This document shows, piece by piece, positions 26,663 to 33,495 of a DNA stretch of 64,000 nt. The stretch is from Bacillales bacterium UBA5026 (GTDB lineage: Bacteria > Bacillota_I > Bacilli_A > RF39 > UBA660): assembly GCA_002416285.1 (NCBI GenBank), contig DICM01000034.1, positions 274 through 64,273 on the forward strand, read 5' to 3'. Every line of letters begins with the position of its first letter. Within the stretch, counting starts at the first letter, position 1. The position numbers and the translations under genes were made by a program. The notes below the pieces were generated by a model. That model did no database searches, was not told the DNA's origin, and saw only the letters and a list, made by a program, of their open reading frames with translations.

Positions 26663-26863
26663 ATGACAAAAAAAGAATTTCTTAGTGATTTTATACATTA
26701 TTTAATTTTTACAGTTTTGTTTTTAATTTTGTTTAAAATCTTTAAGATTAAATTTTATGCCGTTGGTTATATTGTTAGTTTTGTTTTAACTTGTTCTAGT
26801 TTAGTTTATCATATAAAAATGTTATATCGTGAATATAAACTAAAAAAAGTAGAAAGTAGGTAG
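26663..26863 (+). CDS. 66-aa membrane protein
   Basis: Two TM segments. Preceded by the junction motif GAAAGTAGGTAG. Confidence 0.45.
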   Translation: MTKKEFLSDFIHYLIFTVLFLILFKIFKIKFYAVGYIVSFVLTCSSLVYHIKMLYREYKLKKVESR

Positions 26864-26868
26864 GTTTT

Positions 26869-27132
26869 ATGGTTGATGGTTTTGAATTTATAGTTTCGTG
26901 CGTTTTTTGTTTTACTTTGGGTACTGTATTTGGTGGAACTTTTGATTATAAAAAAACGTATTCAAAATATGATAAACTTAGAAATTTTTATAATTTTCTA
27001 AAAGTAAATGGTTATATTGTCGCAAAAAGCGAAAAAGAAATTGTACTTGCTTTTTTGAAAAAAGAAGAATCACAGCATGAAACAATTTGTAATGAAGTTA
27101 AATATAAAATGTTTAAGGATGATGTTTTATGA
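26869..27132 (+). CDS. Prophage hypothetical protein (87 aa)
   Basis: N-terminal TM. Preceded by the junction motif GAAAGTAGGTAG. Confidence 0.45.
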   Translation: MVDGFEFIVSCVFCFTLGTVFGGTFDYKKTYSKYDKLRNFYNFLKVNGYIVAKSEKEIVLAFLKKEESQHETICNEVKYKMFKDDVL

Positions 27133-27347
27133 TAGAAGAACGTCTGAAAGAAAAAATTGACTTGGTTTTATTCGATTATTATTTTAATAATAAATTATCA
27201 TGGTTTGATAGTAAAATTATTGATTTTTTAGTAAGAAAAAAGAAGTATAAGGATTATGCCTTAATTCGTATTAAGTATTACATACGACAAGTCAAAAATG
27301 ATAATTTTTGGAGTCTTCTAGTCTCGCTAGACCATGTGCGTGCCTAA
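27129..27347 (+). CDS. Prophage hypothetical protein (72 aa)
   Basis: Its ATG lies within an ATGA overlap with the upstream stop. Its 3' end runs into the GC-rich island. Confidence 0.4.
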   Translation: MIEERLKEKIDLVLFDYYFNNKLSWFDSKIIDFLVRKKKYKDYALIRIKYYIRQVKNDNFWSLLVSLDHVRA

Positions 27348-27405
27348 TGTTTCCGGGGTCCCAGTGGGAGTTTGGAAACATGGGCCGGAAATGGGTCCCA
27401 AAATA
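27320..27405. other. GC-rich structured island (nested inverted repeats, GGGTCCCA x2)
   Basis: ATGTTTCC (27347-27354) pairs with GGAAACAT (27374-27381). TTTCCGG (27350-27356) pairs with CCGGAAA (27385-27391). GGGTCCCA occurs at 27356-27363 and 27393-27400. Confidence 0.55.
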
Positions 27406-27427
27406 GGTTGAAAGTAGGTGATTTTGA

Positions 27428-27625
27428 ATGAAAAAGAATTTAATGCTACAACTTCTTTTAGATTTTCTATTTTTGGCTTTAGCAATCGCAATAATTCTAT
27501 GGCTTAAAAACATGTTTGTAACTATTACACTTTTATTGTATTTTGCTTTCTTACTGTTTGTTGATTTCTGTAATTTTCGGAAAGCAAAGAAGCAAAAATC
27601 GACTGTAGTTGATATAGTTGAGTAA
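27428..27625 (+). CDS. 65-aa membrane protein
   Basis: Two TM segments. Preceded by TGAAAGTAGGTGA. Confidence 0.4.
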   Translation: MKKNLMLQLLLDFLFLALAIAIILWLKNMFVTITLLLYFAFLLFVDFCNFRKAKKQKSTVVDIVE

Positions 27626-27722
27626 TTATACCAGGTCATCAAAGACTAAATACTATACAAAACAAGATAATTTACAGTATAAAAGCGATAAATTAACGTA
27701 TTTAAAAGGACTACAAGGAACA

Positions 27723-27745
27723 CCGGCGCGTCGTGAGACGCCCGG
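27723..27745. other. GC-rich hairpin with a GTGA tetraloop just upstream of the Rep ATG
   Basis: CCGGCGCGTC-GTGA-GACGCCCGG (9 bp plus one bulge) in an otherwise AT-rich context. Confidence 0.55.
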
Positions 27746-27800
27746 ATGTTCTTTACTTGATAGTAGTCTCATATCTCCACACCCCTTAAAAGTTTATTCC

Positions 27801-28748
27801 ATGAAAATAATTGAAACTGGCGATTTTATAGAAGTTTATGATTATAACGATATTAAAACTCGAAAAGATGTAAACTTTGAAAAAATTGAACGAAAAAAAA
27901 TAAAAGGAATTAAACGTAGCTTTGAAACAAAAGAAATAGGAAAGTGGGGGAGTCATTCTACATTATTAGAAAATGGTTCTATAACATTTATTAATTATCA
28001 AAAGATTCAAACGAAGTATGCTTTAGAACATATGAATAATGAAACGTTTGTAATTCGCGATTCTGTTCCAAAAGAAAAGAAAATTGAGCTGAAGAATATT
28101 CTTCGTAGTAAGTTTGCTATGGAACGTATTGTAAAAGCAAATATGAATGAATTTAAAACATTTATCACATTAACATTTGCAGAGAATATCATTAATATTG
28201 ATGAGGCAAATAAAAAGTTCGACACATGGCGAACTCATATAAAAGCATTAAAAAGAGACTTTAAATATGTCTGTGTTCCGGAATTTCAAAAGTTAAGAGA
28301 ACGAAAAACCGGATATGCAGTAGTACATTATCATTTACTAACTAATTTAGACATAATTAAAGACTCGGATATTATTATATCACAAAAAGAATTTACAGAA
28401 AAACAGTTGCTAGAAATGAGCGGACGGCAACGTAGTAAATGTTATGATGTACGTTATTGGAATTATGGCTTTGTTAGAGTCGATACATTAAAAGATATGA
28501 ATGTAGTAGGGTATATATCAAAGTACATGACGAAAGACATAGATAATAGGCTTTGGGGAAAACGACGTTATCTATATAGTCAAAATTTAAAAAAACCTAG
28601 TGTATCATATTTAAACTTTAGTAATATTGAAGATTTTAAACATTATGTAAATAATTTGAATGGCTTTGAATTGAATTTTGAAAAGGTGTATGCTGATAAA
28701 TTCGGACAGGCAATAGAATATAAAGAATACAAGAAAGTAGGCGCTTAA
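27801..28748 (+). CDS. HUH rolling-circle replication initiator (Rep)
   Basis: Motif I FITLTF, motif II (HUH) VVHYHLLTN, motif III GYISKYMTKD. The track ORF extends to a TTG at 27618, so the N-terminus is uncertain. Confidence 0.7.
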   Translation: MKIIETGDFIEVYDYNDIKTRKDVNFEKIERKKIKGIKRSFETKEIGKWGSHSTLLENGSITFINYQKIQTKYALEHMNNETFVIRDSVPKEKKIELKNILRSKFAMERIVKANMNEFKTFITLTFAENIINIDEANKKFDTWRTHIKALKRDFKYVCVPEFQKLRERKTGYAVVHYHLLTNLDIIKDSDIIISQKEFTEKQLLEMSGRQRSKCYDVRYWNYGFVRVDTLKDMNVVGYISKYMTKDIDNRLWGKRRYLYSQNLKKPSVSYLNFSNIEDFKHYVNNLNGFELNFEKVYADKFGQAIEYKEYKKVGA

Positions 28749-28942
28749 TGAAAAAAATGCTGTTATTAATTGTAATTATCATTTTATTCACCGGATGTAC
28801 TTTTAAAAAATGTATAAAGTCTCATGAAATAGAAACTACTTGTACGAAATATACTTATATATCAAACGGAAAAACACTTTTTGCCGTTCCGGTTGATAAT
28901 TACTCATATGTTAAAACTGTTTGTGATGAATATGAAAAATAA
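28748..28942 (+). CDS. Small prophage lipoprotein (64 aa)
   Basis: Lipobox ILFTGC. Preceded by AGAAAGTAGGCGC; its ATG abuts the Rep stop (TAATG). Confidence 0.55.
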   Translation: MKKMLLLIVIIILFTGCTFKKCIKSHEIETTCTKYTYISNGKTLFAVPVDNYSYVKTVCDEYEK

Positions 28943-28959
28943 AAGGAGAAAAATTCAGT

Positions 28960-29103
28960 ATGTATAAAATCGAAATGCAAGACTTAACTACAAAAGAGAT
29001 ATTTAGTCGAGTTACAGATAGTCTGTACAAAATAGAACGTCTCAAAAAGAGATGTAGATATTCTAAGAAAGTTAAAATAAGAGCTATTACAAAGTTAACA
29101 TAA
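28960..29103 (+). CDS. Small basic prophage protein (47 aa)
   Basis: AAAAGGAG RBS followed by MYKIEMQDLTTKEIFSRVTDSLYKIERLKKRCRYSKKVKIRAITKLT. Last gene before dif. Confidence 0.4.
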   Translation: MYKIEMQDLTTKEIFSRVTDSLYKIERLKKRCRYSKKVKIRAITKLT

Positions 29104-29120
29104 ATTTAAGAATATATATT

Positions 29121-29148
29121 AGTTAACATAATATAGATTATCGGAAGT
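29121..29148 (-). other. dif: Chromosomal dif site (XerC arm - 6-nt centre - XerD arm), serving as prophage attR
   Basis: The minus strand reads ACTTCCGATAA-TCTATA-TTATGTTAACT. This matches 24 of 28 positions of the B. subtilis dif as I recall it (ACTTCCTAGAA-TATATA-TTATGTAAACT). It lies at the point where the gene-strand bias switches. Confidence 0.8.
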
Positions 29149-29877
29149 TATTGATGTGCTTACATTTAAGTGCTATTATATTGCTTTATACTATAAAAAT
29201 TAGCTTTTAAATCGTTCAATTATTCCAATATAATACTTAATATTATGTTTATCCATTATGATATGCTTATCTAGAAATATGTACTAAATAATATAAATGT
29301 CTTGTTCAGTTAAATAATAATATAAATAATAATATTTCTATATTCAACAATTCATTATATTTACTACATATACACTTAGTCATACATTTCATTGTCCTAA
29401 ATCCGTTTATTAGAATATTTTTTCAATTTCAATATAAATTATTACTTCTATCCTATAATTAAAATAATTTGAGCTGATAAGTTATTCACTAAGATCTTTC
29501 TCGAATGCTCTCAGAACGCCTATCAAAACACTTTAATATAAAATACTCAAATACCTTGCTACACACAATGAGGTAAAATAATAAAATTAACTTATAATTA
29601 AATTATAAAGTAGGGGAAATAGATTGGAAAAGAGCAGAAAAAAATTTTAACTATTCCCTACTTTTTAAATTAATAACTTAACATAATTTATTTGTATCTA
29701 AAGCAGATTATTTATCTTATCTATAAATCTATCTATATTGTTTTTAAAACAAATAGGAAGGAGATTTAAGCTTGTTTATTAGATCTACTCTACCCTAGTT
29801 TCAATCGTTTCTTAACTCCCCTACTTGTAATTTTTCATAATTCGTCATTCTTTTTCATATTCTTTAATGGTGATAAT

Positions 29878-30621
29878 ATGGACAAGATTATGTTTCCGTT
29901 TATTCTAACAAGTTTAGCTGGTTTATCAACAATGATTGGGTGTATCTTTCTTTATATAAAGCCTAAAAAAGAAAATCATGTCATTATCAGTGGTCTATCA
30001 TTTGCCGCTGCAGTAATGATAACTGTTTCTTTTACAGATTTATTACCTGAATCTTTTAGCTTACTTAAAATGATTTATAAACCATTTCCAATGGTAATTT
30101 TAGTGTTAATATCATTAAATATTGGAATGTTGATATCATTCTTATTGGATAAATATCTTCCAAACCAGGAGGAATCTCTTTATCGTGTAGGTATTATCTC
30201 TATGTTAGCTATTATTATTCATAATATTCCTGAAGGTATTGCAACCTATATGGCTGGATCAACCAATACTAATTTAGGAATTACATTAGCTGTTGCTATC
30301 GCATTACATAATATTCCTGAAGGTATCAGTATTTCTATTCCAATTTATTATGCAACAAAAAGTAGGAAAAAAGCACTATTATATACTTTTATATCCGGAT
30401 TATCAGAACTATTTGGTGCTATATTTACCTATTTATTTTTGAAATCATTTATTAATAATCAAATACTAGGATTCCTGTTTGCGGGAATCGCAGGTATTAT
30501 GTTACATATTGCACTTTATGAATTATTACCAACTGCTTGGAAATATAAGAATAAAAAATTAGTATATTTATTTTTTCTTATAGGGTTCTTATTTATGCTC
30601 ATTAATCATATTATTTTTTAA
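29878..30621 (+). CDS. zupT: ZIP-family zinc transporter ZupT
   Basis: The HNIPEGIA / HNIPEGIS motif occurs twice, with about 8 TM segments. Confidence 0.85.
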   Translation: MDKIMFPFILTSLAGLSTMIGCIFLYIKPKKENHVIISGLSFAAAVMITVSFTDLLPESFSLLKMIYKPFPMVILVLISLNIGMLISFLLDKYLPNQEESLYRVGIISMLAIIIHNIPEGIATYMAGSTNTNLGITLAVAIALHNIPEGISISIPIYYATKSRKKALLYTFISGLSELFGAIFTYLFLKSFINNQILGFLFAGIAGIMLHIALYELLPTAWKYKNKKLVYLFFLIGFLFMLINHIIF

Positions 30622-30624
30622 GTA

Positions 30625-30647
30625 AAAAAGAGACTAAGTCTCTTTTT
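30625..30647. terminator. Bidirectional terminator
   Basis: 10-bp stem AAAAAGAGAC/GTCTCTTTTT, loop TAA. Confidence 0.75.
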
Positions 30648-30651
30648 GGGT

Positions 30652-30852
30652 TTAACGAAGTTCGAATGAATGATCGTCATTGTCATCTAATTCAAATGAA
30701 TGAGAGTCATTATCAAATCCAATTGTTTTATCTTGTTTGTTTGTAACTTTATTGGATTTTGAACTATTCGTTACATTTGAACGATTACAGTTTGTTACAT
30801 TATTGTTATTTTTGTTTGTAACATTAGCATTATTCTTATTTGCTTTTTTCAT
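30652..30852 (-). CDS. Asn-rich repetitive small protein (66 aa)
   Basis: GGGTGA RBS. Contains NVTN x3 plus KVTN, and a tandem D-rich DSHSFEL / DDHSFEL C-terminus. Confidence 0.5.
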   Translation of the reverse strand: MKKANKNNANVTNKNNNNVTNCNRSNVTNSSKSNKVTNKQDKTIGFDNDSHSFELDDNDDHSFELR

Positions 30853-30968
30853 CTTTCATCACCCATTAATAATATGGACAAAAGCATAAAAAATATAGTT
30901 GGAAAAATATGTTATTTGTTATTTTTTTATTTTTACATATATTAATAGTATGAATTGTTTTTTTTAAA

Positions 30969-31406
30969 TTATTTCAAACTGCTTCTAATCATCCATAATT
31001 CTTTGTCAAAGTACATATTTTGATCTGTCAACATAGAACTAGTATATAGATCATTTTCCTTAGAAAATTCAAGTGCGAGATCCTTAGAATATTCTGTGAT
31101 AAAACCAAAGTCATTCTCTAATACTTCTAAGACTTGTTGTCCCGTAAAGTCCATACTTCGCATTGATTTAAAAGTTGAAATTTCTTCGATTTTAGGCAGA
31201 GATGTCTCTGGATATCCACCTAACATTTTGATGCGTTCTGCAGTAGCATCATAAAACTTTCCAATCATTTCATAGTATTCTTGTAATTTTCGATGTAATC
31301 CAAAAAATGAACTTCCGACTATATTAAAATGCATATTGTAGAGATTATTTTCTAAGACTTTTAAATTGGCCATGTACTCATTTAAAATTTGATAGTTTTG
31401 TTTCAT
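30969..31406 (-). CDS. dps: Dps-family DNA-protection / ferritin-like protein
   Basis: LNEYMANLKVLENNLYNMHFNIVGSSFFGLHRKLQEYY fits the Dps ferroxidase-region pattern. Start set after GGGAGG. Confidence 0.8.
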   Translation of the reverse strand: MKQNYQILNEYMANLKVLENNLYNMHFNIVGSSFFGLHRKLQEYYEMIGKFYDATAERIKMLGGYPETSLPKIEEISTFKSMRSMDFTGQQVLEVLENDFGFITEYSKDLALEFSKENDLYTSSMLTDQNMYFDKELWMIRSSLK

Positions 31407-31442
31407 AAAAAAGCCTCCCATACTAATATATGAGAGACTAGC

Positions 31443-32114
31443 CTAATAAGTTTCTAAAAGTCGTAACTTTTTGCGTTCTTGTAACGGTATTTGTCTAGAT
31501 TCAATACATTTTTGAATCGTTTTTCGATAAGTCCAAGCGTCTAGTAATTTAATATAGTTCATCGCCAACTCTGCATTTTTTACATATGCCATCGACATAA
31601 GCCATGCGATTGCCATTTTAACATAATAGTGCTGATTATTAAGTATAACTAACCTTTTTAAGATATCTTCAAAATAATCTGTATTTAAATAATAGTTCAA
31701 ATACATCACAATAGCAAACCGGACGACAAAAGGATTATCATTTAATAATAACGTTTCTAAATAAGAATACCCATCATCAAGCCAATTTTTCCAACCTTTA
31801 AAAGAGCTCGACAACAAATCTGTCGTCTCCCAATTATCAAAACTGAGAAATGCCTTTTCTAATTGTTTACAAAAATCAAATCTAGTCAAATTCATCGAAC
31901 TTAAACTAAATCCATAGATTAAAATTGATTCACGTGAATTAAAAATAATATTTTTCCAAAAATCAGAATTCTCACTTAATAGTTTTTTAGTAATATTTTT
32001 TAGTGCTGGAACTCGAACACCAATAATCGGATATTTTGTCTGTACAAGACGTTCTGTAAATGCTTTATATTTTTTATCTTGATATGGTAAGAGGATATCT
32101 GTTAAATCCATCAT
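31443..32114 (-). CDS. DNA alkylation repair protein (AlkD-like HEAT-repeat family)
   Basis: 223 aa. The N-terminal pattern YQDKKYKAFTERLVQTKYPIIGVRVPALKNI is typical of this family. Confidence 0.65.
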   Translation of the reverse strand: MMDLTDILLPYQDKKYKAFTERLVQTKYPIIGVRVPALKNITKKLLSENSDFWKNIIFNSRESILIYGFSLSSMNLTRFDFCKQLEKAFLSFDNWETTDLLSSSFKGWKNWLDDGYSYLETLLLNDNPFVVRFAIVMYLNYYLNTDYFEDILKRLVILNNQHYYVKMAIAWLMSMAYVKNAELAMNYIKLLDAWTYRKTIQKCIESRQIPLQERKKLRLLETY

Positions 32115-33481
32115 AACAAACCATTTAAAATATCAGTAAATTCTGTTTGAAGTTCTTCTAATCGTTCTTTTGTAGTCGCTTCAAAACGCACAGTTAAATC
32201 AGGTCCAGTATTAGAAGCTCGTACTAAAGCCCAACTATCTTCAAAATTTACTCGGACACCATCGATATCAATGATAGAATATCCTTTATCAATTGCGTAA
32301 TTTTTTATTCCGGTTACGATATCAAATTTCTTCTCATCGGTTGTTCGAATTTTTATTTCTGGTGTTGATTCGTAGTGAGAGATATTCTCTAATAATGCAC
32401 TCATGGGTTCTTCTATATTCGTCAAGATTTCAAGCAGCCTAAGTCCTGCATAAATTCCATCGTCAAACCCAAGAAATCGATCACGAAAGAATACATGACC
32501 GGAGTATTCACCACCAAAATCAAAATCCCCTTCTTGCATCATCATATTTGTATAAGAATTACCCGTACGATACATAACTGGTTCAAGTCCCAATTCTTTT
32601 ACACCATCGATTAAGGTCTTTGAACACTTCACATCAAACAATGCTTTTTTATTATGCATATTTTTAACAATATTGCGATAAATCATAAGCATATATAAAT
32701 CAGCAGATAAAATTGTTCCATTTTCATCAACGACCCCTACTCGATCGGCATCGCCATCAATACCAAAACCAAAGTCTAATTTCATTTCTTTAACGGTATC
32801 ACTTAATGTAACCATATTTTCTGGGACAGCAGGATCAGAAGGATGATTTGGGAATGTTCCATCACTCTCACAGAAAAGTGGCACATAATCGACGTTTAAA
32901 GCCTTTAAAACGTCATTTATAATAATCGATCCAGTTCCATTCCCACAATCGACTGCAATCTTTCTTTTATATGGTCCAAGGTGAATTGATTTCTTCAAAT
33001 ATTCGACATATAAATTATAAATATTAAAATTAATAATTCGTCCACTACCCTCTTTAAAATCCCCTGCAAATGTATAGTCACGAAAATCATAAATTAATTT
33101 TCCGTAAGCATTTCCTATATCCGAAAAAGCGATTTTAAAACCGTTTTGATCCTTTGGATTATGACTGGCAGTAATCATAACACCAGTATTTTTTTTAAGA
33201 TGTTTTCTTGCATAGTAATACATAGGAGTCGTAACAATTCCTAAATCTATAATGTTCATTCCACTATCTACAACCCCCTGAATAAAGCCTCTTGATAGTG
33301 TTGGAGAAGATAGCCGATTGTCATGTCCAACTAGAGTTTCGGTTTCTCCAAAACCTTGTATGTATGAACCAAAACTTTTACCCAAAGTGTAAGCAACATC
33401 TTCTGTTAAGTCTTGCCCATAGACACCTCTTAAATCATATTCACGAAATATATTTGAATTTATTTCTTTTGTTATTTGCAT
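32111..33481 (-). CDS. Phosphomannomutase/phosphoglucomutase-family enzyme
   Basis: Active-site loop GVMITASHNPKDQNGFK and the metal loop GIDGDADR. Confidence 0.88.
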   Translation of the reverse strand: MQITKEINSNIFREYDLRGVYGQDLTEDVAYTLGKSFGSYIQGFGETETLVGHDNRLSSPTLSRGFIQGVVDSGMNIIDLGIVTTPMYYYARKHLKKNTGVMITASHNPKDQNGFKIAFSDIGNAYGKLIYDFRDYTFAGDFKEGSGRIINFNIYNLYVEYLKKSIHLGPYKRKIAVDCGNGTGSIIINDVLKALNVDYVPLFCESDGTFPNHPSDPAVPENMVTLSDTVKEMKLDFGFGIDGDADRVGVVDENGTILSADLYMLMIYRNIVKNMHNKKALFDVKCSKTLIDGVKELGLEPVMYRTGNSYTNMMMQEGDFDFGGEYSGHVFFRDRFLGFDDGIYAGLRLLEILTNIEEPMSALLENISHYESTPEIKIRTTDEKKFDIVTGIKNYAIDKGYSIIDIDGVRVNFEDSWALVRASNTGPDLTVRFEATTKERLEELQTEFTDILNGLL

Positions 33482-33495
33482 TTTACTCTTCCTCT

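Larger units (their letters stand above)
21332..29148 (+). mobile_element. Filamentous-phage-like (inovirus/plectrovirus-like) prophage integrated at dif (putative IMEX)
   Basis: Bounded by 21-nt identical direct repeats (21332-21352 and 29117-29137) that are part of dif-like sites. Contains an XRE switch, coat-like small proteins, pIII-, pVI- and pI-position genes, and an HUH Rep. No integrase was seen. Confidence 0.75.

Noticed and set aside
27292-27642. 116-aa minus-strand ORF crossing the GC-rich island
   Set aside because: It is antisense to two RBS-preceded + strand genes and has no RBS. It is probably kept open by the local GC-rich composition, so I treated it as spurious.
29830-29877. 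Possible Zur box upstream of zupT (TCATAATTCGTCATTC)
   Set aside because: It is not a convincing palindrome and matches the Firmicute Zur consensus poorly as I recall it, so I did not call it.
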